From Octopus sinensis (lineage: Eukaryota), in NCBI RefSeq assembly GCF_006345805.1, contig NC_043008.1, positions 66,774,001-66,838,000 on the forward strand: DNA of 64,000 nucleotides, given 5' to 3'. Shown piece after piece: positions 51,490 to 63,748 of the stretch. Each line of letters opens with the position of its first letter. Positions within the stretch are counted from its first letter, which is position 1. Below the pieces are notes generated by a model. The model was not told the DNA's origin, did no database searches, and worked only from the letters and a program-made list of their open reading frames with translations. Made by a program: the position numbers and the translations under genes.

Positions 51490-51867
51490 CTATGTTTGAC
51501 TTTTGCATTATATTTGTACAAGTTGGCTCCAAGTCTCACCCAGAGACCTCAAGAGACAACAGGGTTGGAAGTTCATGTTGTTGTTATGCCTAGTGTGCCA
51601 TATATTTGGGGTGTGGGGGTGTTGTACTAATGAATGGCTAAAAAAAAAAAAAATTTTTTTTTTTTTTTAACCGAAAATTATGTTTGTTTTAAACCTTGAG
51701 ATTACATAGAAAGTATTTTGCGTAGGATATGAGCAGTTCCCGTGAGCACTATCTTTTGAATTTCTGCCATTTTGGGGTTTCCTGGTATCTGAGTTAGGTA
51801 GCTATCTGCCCCTTTTGCTATCATTCCCAGGGCACCTATGACAACAGGTATTGTTTTAGTCTTCAGC
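51490..51867 (-). mobile_element. R4/Dong-clade 3' end
   Basis: LKTKTIPVVIGALGMIAKGADSYLTQIPGNPKMAEIQKIVLTGTAHILRKILSM* plus the 3' UTR, with (AAT)n on both sides in element orientation. Confidence 0.9.
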
Positions 51868-51906
<39 letters not shown>

Positions 51907-52946
51907 GACACACGAGAAACAAGCGCAGAAAAAGATAAGCGCATGAAAACCCGTGCTAAAACTGCTGCCTTAGATATTCTAACTGATAAACGGCAAGAAA
52001 AACCTCTCAATGGCAAATACCCAAAGAGAGCGAATAATGCCGATGTTGACAAAGCCCTGACCCATCAATGGCTAATGGCCTCTGGCTTAAAATCTGAAAC
52101 AGAAGGGTTTATCATAGCAGCTCAAGATCAATGTCTACCTACAAGGAATTACCAGGCCAACATATTAAAGATCGGCAGTAGCCCAACATGTCGTGTATGT
52201 CAACAACAAAATGAAACCATTGATCATGTTGTCTCCAAGTGCAGTCTTCTAGCGCCTACAGAGTAGCTCAACAGGCACGATAGAGTTGCACAATATATTC
52301 ACTGGGTAATTTGCAAAACCCTGGATTTGCCCCATGATAAAAACTGTTGGAAACACAAACCACCTCCAGTGCTTGAAAATGCTTACATCTCAATCCTCTG
52401 GAACATCACCATTCAAACTGACAGAAAGATAGATGCGAATAGGCCAGACATCATATAGAAAGACTTCAGACAAAAATCATACCTCCTCATTGATATAACT
52501 GTCCCAATCGATATAAACGTATTTGTCAATACCTACCAAAAACTGAGCAAATATAAAGATCTTGAAATAGAAATTAGCAAAATGTGGAATCTGAAGACTA
52601 AAACAATATGTGTTGTCATAGGTGCCCTGGGAATGATAGCAAAAGGGGCTGATTCCTACCTAGCTCAGATACCAGGAAACCCCAAAATGGCAGAAATTCA
52701 AAAGATAGTGCTCATGGGAACTGCTCATATCCTACGCAAAATACTTTCTCTGTAATCTCAAGTTTTAAAACAAACGTAATTTTCTTATGGTTTCTTAAAC
52801 ATTCTCTAGAACAACACTATGTACAAAACCAAATATATGGCACCCTAGGCATAACACCAGCATGAACTTCCAGCTTGTTGTCTCTTGAGGTCTCTTGATG
52901 AGACTTGGAACCAACTTGTACAAATGTAAAGCAAAAATCAAACATA

Positions 52947-52947
<1 letters not shown>
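51907..52947 (+). mobile_element. R4/Dong-clade 3' fragment (CCHC finger and RLE endonuclease)
   Basis: LKSETEGFIIAAQDQCLPTRNY...CRVCQQQNETIDHVVSKC...RHDRVAQYIHW...NRPDII..D...LLID...KLSKYKDL. One frame with two premature stops, ending at 52755, with an (AAT)n tail. Confidence 0.92.
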
Positions 52948-52985
<38 letters not shown>

Positions 52986-53019
52986 CGATGGTGATAGTGG
53001 TGGTGATTATGATGATAAT

Positions 53020-53390
53020 TGTTTCCAATTCCGGCACAAGGCAAGAAGTTTTGAACGGAAGAGTAGTCGATACCATCAACACCAGAACTTGACTAGTACT
53101 CTATTTGAACGATTCCTGATGGATGAAAGTGATATACGGCAGGATAAAGAGACGAACGAATATCGCAAGACATTTTTTCGGCGCTTTAACAATTCTGCCA
53201 ACGCACCGTTTCACTTATATATAATTTAAGTACAAAACTGAGGGAAGGCGTTTAGTGGTTACCGTCACCCGAGTACGTGACTGGTACTTTATTTTATTAA
53301 TCTTCAAAGTTGATTTCGGCGGAGTTCGAACTTACAGCGTAAAGAACCGAAACTAAATACCACACGGTATTTTACGATGTTTGTTTCTAA
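53020..53390 (-). mobile_element. Two degenerate SINE family B copies
   Basis: Family B motifs are recognisable in both. Confidence 0.6.
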
Positions 53391-53810
53391 TTTAGGTACA
53401 AATGAATATTACAGTCGACGGAATCCATACTCCAAAACAGCAAACACACATACACAAACAGGCACGCACGAACTCATGCACACACGCACGCATGTACACG
53501 TATATGAACAAATGTGTTTGGTGGGAAGTTCTGAGTAGCAACAAATTTAGCACCCAAGACAATCCCATCAATCATACCTAATAGGTTAACGACTCAATTA
53601 CGGAAAAAACAAAGATCCTGTCCTCTCTATCTAAAACAGGGACCCATACTGTAACAGCTTAGGCGTGAAGAGCCCACAAATTTTCGGCACTCGACCTAAT
53701 AAACAACTTCCGAGATTTGCGATGTGTAAATGTTTTCAATGAACATATTTTTATCTGATGAATCCACACCGACGATGCAGGAAACACAAAGAAGAGAAGC
53801 TTTTCATTAA

Positions 53811-54042
53811 GGCGGTGAACTGGCAGAAACGTTAGCACACCGGGCGAAATGCTTAGCGGTATTTCGTCTGCCATTACGTTCTGAGTTCAAATTCTGCCGA
53901 GGTCGACTTTGCCTTTCATTCTTTCGGGGTCGATAAATTAAGTACCAGTTACGCACTGAGGTCGATGTAATCGACTTAATCCCTTTGTCTGCCCTTGTTT
54001 GTCCTCTCTGTGTTTAGCCCCTTGTGGGCAATAACGAAATAA
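53811..54042 (+). mobile_element. SINE family B, full length
   Basis: Complete head and tail. Confidence 0.92.
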
Positions 54043-54627
54043 CAAACAGTTCCAGAGAGAAAACCAGGAAGTGAGTGATACAAAAAAAAAAAATAAAAAG
54101 ATAAAAAGATAAAAACCAATCATACTCATACCAGTGCCCCAGAATGGACACAGACTCCGGCTGAAACCAGTAAAAGTAAAAATAAAGCCAAAGATTGCTA
54201 TCTGAAACAAGTCAATCATCCATTTATATTATTTTTAGATCCACCTTTAAAGCTTTATGACAGTGAAGCGAAAAAAAAAAAAAATGGAAAGAAAAGAAAA
54301 TAAAAATCGCAAAACTAAGGCGGACTGAAGAAATTGACAAAATAATGCTCACGAAAATACCAGGCGCCAATTACATGTGGGAGATGACCAAACTTGTTTA
54401 CTTTTCCCTTCCACAAATTCTCAGTACACTGGCAAACAAATTTACAGATGACCAAAACCACACACACACACTCACGTACGTACACACACACACACACACG
54501 CTAACGCACACGCGCGCATACATACACGTGTATGTATACTTGTATGCATGGATGGATGTGTATTACATATATGCATGCGTGTGTGTATATATGCGTGTGT
54601 ATACATATATATATGTATACATATATA

Positions 54628-55013
54628 TCTTTATATATAAAAGTGAAGTTGTGTGTCTGTCTCCTACGATTTAGATTCCTAACTACTCCCACATCTTGCG
54701 GTGCAGTGTAACCGAAAGCGGGTATCTTATAGTCGTGATTCATATCGAGCCCTTCTGGGTATTAGCGCGCGTCTACGATGAGTCTACGATTTTAAAAATA
54801 ATTTACCATCATTTTTTTCCATTTTAATGCATTTTTTCGCTATTATATAAGGGAAGTAACTCTCTAAAAATGTCTACGATGAGTCAACGATTTAAAAAAA
54901 AATTTACCATAATTTTTTTTGCATTTTTTTGCTATATTTTGGCTATAACTCTCTAAAAATGCTTATATAGTTATTTCCCTTACAAACCCGAGCAACGCCG
55001 GGCGATACTGCTA

Positions 55014-55014
<1 letters not shown>
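54628..55014 (+). mobile_element. Complete non-autonomous Helitron (387 bp)
   Basis: 5' TCTTTATATATAAAAG preceded by A, 3' hairpin CCCG-agcaacgc-CGGG, then CTAG followed by T. It has an internal tandem duplication (gtctacgatgagtc.acgattt). Confidence 0.88.
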
Positions 55015-55076
<62 letters not shown>

Positions 55077-55077
<1 letters not shown>

Positions 55078-55630
55078 TAGCACTATGATCCAGCGTTGCC
55101 GGATCTAGTGCTAGTCAAGCATATTTGGTCTTTCATGAAAATCCCGCTCTCTTGTCATTCACTTGGTCTAACTCGTTAATTATTCCCTGCATTTCTCAGA
55201 TCAAAAAAAGGAGTGCACATTCAAAAGCCAAAACACATGATAACGCTTCTTCGCAAAACACAAAAATGCGCTGAGTCATACAGATTGTCTGCAAATGCGC
55301 AGGCGCATTCAACTGTCAAGGGTAAAATTATCTCCGTCCAATCAAAAAACAGCTGGCAGTCTATTGGCAGTCTATCTAGCTGTACGCACACACCGCGTAC
55401 AAATTTCTATGTTTTAGCGATTTTGAATGGATATGCCTGTAACTTATGGGCATAAGGGGTCGGTTTATCGACTTTTTAATGGCTTTCTGGGGAAATGAAA
55501 AGATCTTCATGACCACCCTCAGACAGTTTTGAAAGCCCATCGAAAATGCGAGCCTTTTACGTGAAAAACTGTGGATTTGTATAAAGGACACACAGACACA
55601 CAGAAATTTTGCCGTTTATAGATATAGAGA
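55077..55630 (-). mobile_element. Complete non-autonomous Helitron (about 554 bp), different family
   Basis: Minus-strand 5' TCTCTATATCTATAAACGGC preceded by A, 3' hairpin GATCC-ggcaacgct-GGATC, then CTAG followed by T. Confidence 0.82.
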
Positions 55631-55738
55631 TATACATATATATATGTATACATACACACATCACCAAATGTACTATTCTCTGTCTTTATTTATAAAAAGA
55701 ACAACGGTTCTTAGAGGACTATGAACAACTGATTCGGT

Positions 55739-55788
55739 GGCCATAGCTGATGAGACATTGCAACGCAGAAACGCATGTGTCGTAGGCC
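55739..55788 (+). ncRNA. Degenerate type I hammerhead-like motif
   Basis: ggccatag-CTGATGA-gacattgcaacgca-GAAA-cgcatgt-GTC-gtaggcc. The core and GUC are intact, and stems I and II are imperfect. Confidence 0.4.
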
Positions 55789-55976
55789 CAATAACGTTAT
55801 TCATAGCTAAAGATATATTTTTACTCATGTCTACGAGGAGAATTTTCTCCCAGACTATTTCCACTCTGAAAGGTCTTCCATACCTGAATGTACATGAACG
55901 TGTTAAATATGATTGTTCACGCCTATACTTCATTCAATGCTGCTTGGTTCACCTCTAGTTAACGTACAAACACACA

Positions 55977-56026
<50 letters not shown>

Positions 56027-56135
56027 ACACACACACACACACACATACGAAATGAGCACAAAAAGAAGACTACATGTGAGTAATACATTTTAACAAGTGT
56101 TGTATTAGCTTTTAGCGCTTAAAAGGAAGGGGAAG

Positions 56136-56175
56136 TGTCTCGACGTTTCGGATGCAAGTCCTTCATCAGACAAGT
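56136..56175 (-). ncRNA. Hammerhead-like motif (Penelope pLTR relic)
   Basis: Minus strand CTGATGA-a-GGA cttgca TCC-GAAA-C-GTC. Core, stem II and GUC are intact, and stem I is doubtful. Confidence 0.45.
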
Positions 56176-56909
56176 AGAAAATTTTTAAAAAAGTAAAAAT
56201 GAGAAAAGCTGGTTAGTAAAAAAGAAAGCAATCAGGGGTCAGATGGGAATGCGGTTTTGTAGGGGAAGAGAAGATAGAAGATGGGTTGTGTGTGTGCATG
56301 TATAGGAGGGGTCCGTTTATAGAGACAGACATAGGGGAAAAGTGTGCGTGTGATTTCTTTGAGTATTATGTAGGTGTGTCGCAGTGTGCAACAATGGGTG
56401 TGTAGTGGCGTGGAATAGTGGAAGTGTGGGAGGATGGCGTGTAGTGGCGTGGGATAGTGGAAGTGTGGGAAGATGGTGTGTAGGTGTAATTGTATTCCAT
56501 GTAAGAGGAAGACGTGGAGAGGAGAAGGATGCGGGGGAGAGTGCGAGGAGAAATGGGAAAGTGGTATGAGGAGCGTATTATTTAAGAAAAAAGACATTGA
56601 TAGAAACACTATGTGTGTGTGTGCATGTGTTTGTATGTGTATGTGTATGTGCACATTTGTATGTGTGTGTATACACGTGACTATGACGTATGTGCAGGTG
56701 TGTAAATTTGAATGATACTCTGAAACGCGGCTGTATTTTGTTGCGACTCTATGTCTTACAAACTGTGATAACATGTTTTGACCTGTCCCAGTTTCCCAAC
56801 GCAAACTGATACCATTCTAATCGATGATTGATCATTGATGTGATTAAAAATCTACCCATTGAAATGGTTTCCGCAGAAACGCATCTAATCCCGTTTGACA
56901 AGTTTGTTT

Positions 56910-56917
56910 ATTTATGA

Positions 56918-56971
<54 letters not shown>

Positions 56972-57106
56972 GTCGTCATCCTCTTCCTCCTCCTCATCAT
57001 CATCATTGTCATTTCCTTTTGTACATTCTACACAAGCTAAGATTCTATACACTTGTAATTTATTTGTTAAGAAGAAAAATAACAAGACAGGTGCATGCTT
57101 GCAAAT

Positions 57107-57138
<32 letters not shown>

Positions 57139-57300
57139 TGTTGTGTATGTATGTATGTGTGTATGTATGTATGTATGTGTGTATGTATGTATGTATGTAT
57201 GTATGTATGTTTATATACATACATTACATATATATTTGTATGTATGCATGTATGTATATATATATGTGTTTGAGTATATATCTATCTATATGCGTATTTG

Positions 57301-57367
<67 letters not shown>

Positions 57368-57370
57368 CTT

Positions 57371-57418
<48 letters not shown>

Positions 57419-57445
57419 TAGTGTGTGTGTGTGTGTGTGTGAGCG
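56910..57445. repeat. Compound microsatellite (ATT/TATG/CTAT/GA/TG)
   Basis: Directly visible. Confidence 0.95.
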
Positions 57446-58126
57446 CATACATACATAGATGTGTGTGTGCGTGTGCGTGTAGATAAACTCACAGACACAC
57501 AGAAGTACGAGTCACGTTTAAAGTTGCTTCGCCTACCTGTACTTAACTGTCGCATTACAAGTAAATACAAGTCTCTTTGTAACGCCAAGTCGCCAAATCG
57601 CCAAATCTCTGTGCAAGCCAAATAGTTGAGCCAATACCGAACAATACCTTAGTAATTATTTCATCAAAATATCGAAAGCCCAGTCTAAAGACATAAAGTC
57701 CATTTTGTTGCGATGCTGCTGTTGTTCTTTAGCCTCAGGTCAATATTCATCAAGCAACGCTATGTTCAATTACTTCCAAACTTGGACATCTGTTAAGAGC
57801 TCTTTTTTTTTTCAATATGGTATTTTGATTTGAAGGAAGTTTGGCTTATATTTGTTGCAGGTCAACTGGACACCAGAAGTTTTTCTCCCCATTTGAGGAC
57901 GTTGTCAATCAACGATATTTGACTAACTAACAGTTTATAACCGATTTTCCATATTCATTTGGGTGGATCAGTGGTCACCCTCTCCAACTCACTAATATTT
58001 TCATGGCATTCGTAAGGAAATAATTTAATTTTTATTCTATTAACATAAAAATAAGGCTTTGGGAGCCATTTACGTATTTTAGTAAAAAGCATTTGGTGAA
58101 TGATAATGGTGGACATAAGTATATAC

Positions 58127-58355
58127 CTATTTCTTTATTACCCACAAGGGGCTAAACATAGAGGGGACAAACAAGGACAGACATAGGTATTAAGTCGATT
58201 ACATCGACCGCAGTGCGTAACTGGTACTTAATTTATCGACCCCGAAAGGATGAAAGGCAAAGTCGACCTCGGCGGAATTTGAACTCACAACGTAACGCAG
58301 ACGAAATACCGCTAAGCATTTCGCCCGGCGTGCTAACGTTTCTGCCAGCTCGCCG
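58127..58355 (-). mobile_element. SINE family B, full length, with 14-bp TSD
   Basis: TSD ACATAAGTATATAC at 58113-58126 and 58356-58369. Confidence 0.95.
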
Positions 58356-58864
58356 ACATAAGTATATACGTTGTAGTCTCCTATCATTGATTACAGATGA
58401 GGATTCTGCAATTTCTTGTTGGACAACCTGCACAGGTGATATGTTTATAGTGATTAAATGTTTGTGATTTGCATGAGTTCTCTCCCTCAATAAATCGACA
58501 TGGCTTGAACAGGTACACGGTCCGGAAGTCGAAATCACGATCTCGCAATCGAGAGTGCAACGCCCTAACCGCTAGGACATATGTGCATATATGTTTCCGC
58601 CATACAAATTTCGCTCACAAGATTCCGGTGAACTCGAAGCCACATTGTTAGAAAACATTTCATCAAGTGTCATATAGTGGAATGGAACTCGAAACAACGT
58701 AGATAATTTCTTAACCACACTTCCATAAATTTATTTAACCTGTAGTTGTTTGGTAAGCCACATGATCGGAGATCGACTGCTGAAAACGAAAGAATTACTT
58801 TATAGTATATACATGGTATCCATTAACAACACGCATATCTCCTTGTTTTCCTTTTTAATTGCCA

Positions 58865-59075
58865 GCACCTGATCGTAAGATTGTGGTTTCGATTACTAGA
58901 CCGGGCGACGCGTTGTGTTCTTGAGCAAAACACTTCATTTCACATTGCTCCAGTCCACTCAGCTGGTAAAAATGAGTAACACTGCGATGGACTGGAGTCC
59001 CGTCCAGCTGGGGAACACATACGCCATAGAAACTGGGAAACCGGGCCCATAAGCCTGGCTAGGCTTTAAAAAAGG
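58865..59075 (+). mobile_element. tRNA-derived SINE with CORE-like and V-like segments
   Basis: GTGGTTTCGATT B-box-like motif, TGTGTTCTTGAGCAAAACAC, and CTGCGATGGACTGG.GTCCCGTCCAG (resembles the V-SINE domain, from memory). Confidence 0.6.
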
Positions 59076-59439
59076 GGCACATTTATTTTTAATTTTTTTT
59101 TTTTAAGTATCAAAAGTATTTTGTCTGATATCAACGACCCGCTCATTGATTCTCTATTCCCCTGCATATATTTAAGTATTCTGTTCGCTGTATCTATTCT
59201 GATACTCTGATACTATATTCGCATAGTGAAATAGAATGTCAGTGACTACCATCTTGTATGTATACGAAAAAATACTTTGGTATGAATATCAAGTTATCTT
59301 TATTACGAGTACCTTTAACACCTGTAATCATAAATAATACTGCTACAAAATGTGTTTTAATTAGGATTAGCATGCAGTTTACCGTTGCAAAAAAGTGAAA
59401 GTAAACTGCTCTATAAAAATGAAAGTAAATTGCGATAGG

Positions 59440-60440
59440 AATCTTAACCGACAACAGCAATCACCTGTTTTACTTGATAGTTTGGTGCATTGTCTGAAAG
59501 GAGCAATACTTTGTTAGAAATATCACGCCTGACATAGTACTCAGCTATTGTAGAGCAAATATATTGTAAAGAGATTCGTAATTATCCGAGCTTCATTTGA
59601 ATACTAAATCACAAGTAGACTAAAGCGCTTGGGTCTTTGGAGTGATGCTTAGGTATGGACTTTGATTTCATATCTTCTCACAATAAATATCTGACGATAA
59701 GTATTGTGAAAGCTTTAAAATATGTATTTCTTTACTGCCCAGAAGGGGCTAAACATAGAGGGGACAAACAAGGACAGACGAAGGGATTAAGTTGATTATA
59801 TCGCCCCCAGAGCGAAACTGGTACTTTATTTATCGACCCCGAAAGGATGAAAGGCAAAGTTGACTTCGGCGGAATTTGAACTCAGAACGTAACGACAGAC
59901 GAAATACCGCTAGGCGGTAGTGCTATACTTTCACTAGAACTAGATATCTTTGTTGGTGTGGGTTTTTACACAAGCCCAGTTTCATGTGGTGTTCTGGTAC
60001 ATAACATCCTTCAGCAGTCATCTTACGTCCGCTCCTAGAATAATTGGTGGCCACCTCTGTATCAGCACAGATAGCTTCACTAGTAATTCTAATGCTGTGT
60101 TCATTAAGATGCATCTTAAACTCTCCAAAACAGTTTTTACCTAGCTAGAAAAAAGACTTTGTATCAGAGATTGCACATTCTCCTTTCTGCTGATCTTTTG
60201 CTTGAATGACCGGTATGTCCAGTCTATTCATCGATCCTCAAACTCAGGAGCCGATCTACATTAAATTTTACATCAGTTCCACGAGAAAACAATATCCGGA
60301 CAGTTAACAGAGTAGCTGCTTAAGCACCTGAACTAATTTTACCTTTATTGTCCCGTGTTGTTCTCACTGTAGACGTTGCAAGTTTTGATGCTTTTGCAAT
60401 ATGCCTCAGTTTTTTTTCTGGCATCAAAGCTCTATAAACA
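59440..60440 (-). pseudogene. Tigger/pogo transposase fragment, decayed, with a nested SINE B
   Basis: LRHIAKASKLATSTVRT..DNKGKI (HTH), EAICADTEVA, GCYVPEH, HHSKDPSAL (YHSENPRAL-like) and NKVLLLSDNAP (second D motif). Confidence 0.7.
59725..59917 (-). mobile_element. SINE family B, 5'-truncated
   Basis: Tail and central domain present, and the head is incomplete. Confidence 0.88.
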
Positions 60441-60552
60441 TAAAGTTTAACGCCCAGCTAACGTAATCCCTCTCCGATTCTTATTAACGCTACTCCATTC
60501 GCTTTCACTTAGTGGCCTTTTTTCCAGTCATCCTGAAATTAATGGTTATATA

Positions 60553-60962
60553 GGCGCAGGAGTGGCTGTGTGGTAAGTAGCTTGCTAACCAACCACATGG
60601 TTCCGGGTTCAGTCCCACTACGTGGCATCTTGGGCAAGTGCCTTCTGCTATAGCCCCGGGCCGACCAATGTCTTGTGAGTGGATTTGGTAGACGGAAACT
60701 GAAAGAAGCCTGTCGTATATATGTATATATATATAAGTGTGTGTGTATATGTTTGTGTGTCTGTGTTTGTCCCCCTAGCATTACTTGGCAACCGATGCTG
60801 GTGTGTTTACGTCCCCGTCACCTAGCGGTTCGGCAAAAGAGACCGATAGAATAAGTACTGGGCTTACAAAGAATAAGTCCCGGGGTCGATTTGCTCGACT
60901 AAAGGCGGTGCTCCAGCATGGCCGCAGTCAAATGACTGAAACAAGTAAAAGAGTAAAAGAGT
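60553..60962 (+). mobile_element. SINE family A, full length
   Basis: Complete copy. Confidence 0.92.
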
Positions 60963-61379
60963 ATGTCACAATTTCCGCAAGTGCAGAATTCTGTAATCAG
61001 TGTTTCCGTTATGGAGGAGATATCGGTATCCAACTATTTCTGATTTTAAATTTGTGAAGATAAAATAAAAAACACATTCACCATATCTTGCCTCTCTTTC
61101 TCACACACTTTCTCATTTCACCCCCGCGTCGCCCTCTATCTTTCTCTTCTCCTCTCTCTTTCTCTTCTCCCCCCCCCTCTCCCTCTCTCTCATCTCTCTC
61201 CTTCTCGCTGTCGCTATCTCAGCTAGACACGATCCAGTGTCTTAAGGGGATCAGGTGACCTAGATAGGCCAAAGGAGATTAAGAAAATTTACAGTTCTAT
61301 ATTTAATAGATGAGGAATTATGTACAATATTTACATTATTTACATTTGACGGATATTTGTCCTCATCTTGATTGTTGTT

Positions 61380-61425
61380 AACACAACGTTTCGGTTGATA
61401 TACCCTCCAGCCGTCTTCAGGTGTC
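61380..61425 (-). ncRNA. Minimal type I hammerhead ribozyme motif
   Basis: GACAC-CTGAAGA-c-GGCTG gagggtatat CAACC-GAAA-CG-TT-GTGTT. Stem I is 5 bp, stem II is 5 bp with one mismatch, stem III is palindromic ACGU, and the triplet is GUU. Confidence 0.65.
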
Positions 61426-61528
61426 TTGGGGAAATTTCGAACCTGGGTTTTCATTCCTTAGGTATTTTTCGATGTTGTTGTTGTTGTTGTTGTTGTAATT
61501 ATTATAATTATTATTATTATTATTATTA

Positions 61529-61569
<41 letters not shown>

Positions 61570-61659
61570 TCACTGCCTAGAATCGAACTCGGAATCTTGG
61601 GGTTAAGAGCGCAGGCTACTAACCCCAATATTCCGAGTTCGATTCTAAGCAGTGACCGG

Positions 61660-61690
<31 letters not shown>

Positions 61691-61780
61691 CAACAACAAC
61701 AATAATAATAATAATAATAATAACAACAACAACATCTAAAAAACCTTGTCTTGGGGGGAAATTTCGAAATTTCCCCCCAA

Positions 61781-61826
61781 GACACCTGAAGAAAGCTGGA
61801 AGGTATATCAGCCGAAACGTTGTGTT
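61781..61826 (+). ncRNA. Minimal type I hammerhead ribozyme motif
   Basis: GACAC-CTGAAGA-a-AGCTG gaaggtatat CAGCC-GAAA-CG-TT-GTGTT. Same fold as above, with a mismatch at the stem II closing pair. Confidence 0.65.
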
Positions 61827-62376
61827 AACAACAAACAAGATGAGGACAAATATTCGTTGAATGTAAATAATGTAAATAATGTAAATAATGCACATAATTC
61901 CTCATCTCTTGAATATAGAACTGAATGGTGGTGGTGTTGTCGTTATGATGGTGGTCTTGTTGGTATTGGTTGTTGTTATGGTGATGATATTGGTAGTAGT
62001 AGTGGTGGTGATGGAGGTGCTGGAATAATTTTTATTGAAAACTGGGTGAAAAGTTAAAACAATTAACAGCATCCAATGAATTTTCAGGAAAATGGACACC
62101 TGATGTTGAAAATTATCATCACTGTCGCTGCTGCTGCTGCTACAACTGCTGCTGCTGCTGCTACTACTACTACTACTACAGCTGCTGCTGCTGCTCAAGC
62201 TGCTGCTACTGGTACCACTATTACTACCACCTCCACAACGATTATGACCGTTATAATTATCATTATCGTTAGCATCGTCATCGTCGTCATCACCACCACC
62301 ACCACCACCAACACCACCACCACCACCACCACCACCACTTCCATCATCATCATCATCATCATCATCATGTGTATAT

Positions 62377-62764
62377 TCTCTTATTTGATTCAGTCTTGAC
62401 TGCGGCCATGCTGGAGCACCACTTTTAGTCGAACATATCGTCCCTAGAACTTATTCTTTGTAATCCTAGTACTTATTCTATCGGTCTCTTTTGTTGAACT
62501 GCTATGTTACGGGGACGTAAACACACAACATCTGTTGTCAAGTGATGAAGGGCGGGGAACAAATATAGACACACAGACATATACATACATATATATATAT
62601 GCGATAGGTTTCTTTCAGTTTTCGTTTACCGAATCCACTCACAAGGCTTTGATAGTCCTGAGGCTATAGTAGAAGGCACTTGCCCAAGGTGATACGCAGT
62701 GGGACTGAACCCAGAACCATGTGGTTGGTAAGCAAGTTACTTACCACAAAGCCACTCTTGCGCC
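62377..62764 (-). mobile_element. SINE family A, full length, older copy
   Basis: Head, body and tail are recognisable. Confidence 0.85.
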
Positions 62765-62962
<198 letters not shown>

Positions 62963-63119
62963 ACATCCAAGAGCGTAGGCTCAAAACGTAAAAGACTTTT
63001 TCACCTTTCTGAATCGTTAAACTAATACACTTGCTTGTTGTTCATATACCAGTCTTTGTCTTTTGTTTTCCATAAATTTCAAGATAGTTTTTCCAAAGAT
63101 TTCAGATAAAGACAGAAGC

Positions 63120-63164
<45 letters not shown>

Positions 63165-63709
63165 ATGTATATACCTATTTATGAGTGTGTGTGTGTGTGT
63201 GTGTGCGCGCACGCGTTTGTGCATATATGTAAATATTCGCAAACACATATCGAAAAGCGTTAACATGAAACTCAGAGCAACAACGGTAACAAATTTGATT
63301 TCAGTGCTTTACACTCTAAGTTCAAACCTTGCTGTGCCGCGCTTTACTCATTTTTCTTCCGAGCGCGATGAAAATAGATACCAGTGATGCACTGGGTTTG
63401 ATATAATTGACTGCTACACATCGCACAGTACCATATTTGATGGCATAAAAGATGCACGAGCATATTAGGCTCACTCCAGTTTCAGAAGCACATATTCAGA
63501 AAACATTTGTTTTTAATAGATTTGTAACGAAGCACATCCACCCAACTTCGAATATAGGACCCGGCGTGATTGTCAGAGAGACTTTTTATTTATTCAAAAA
63601 CAAGTGATTCTTATAAACCATCAAACACGGTAGGTTCTTCTTTATTTTAGCAATTTCTTTATCAAGTTTTGTTGTTGTCTTTTCCTTATATTTGTAAAAT
63701 AAAGGTATA

Positions 63710-63710
63710 T

Positions 63711-63748
<38 letters not shown>

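Larger units (their letters stand above)
61291..61924. mobile_element. tRNA-head/hammerhead-tail element, locus 3: best-preserved head-to-head palindrome
   Basis: The left arm (61291-61608) is the reverse complement of the right arm (about 61620-61924). The centre has GGTTAAGAGCGCAGGCTACTAACCCCAATATTCCGAGTTCGATTC, tRNA-like with a B box. Each arm has (AAT/AAC)n and a hammerhead. Confidence 0.88.

Noticed and set aside
54139-54208. Apparent minus-strand exon with good acceptor and GTATGA donor (IAIFGFIFTFTGFSRSLCPFWGT)
   Set aside because: The sequence aligns to the reverse-complemented SINE A tail (ttttacttgtttcag...ggccatgctggagcac), so it is a decayed SINE.
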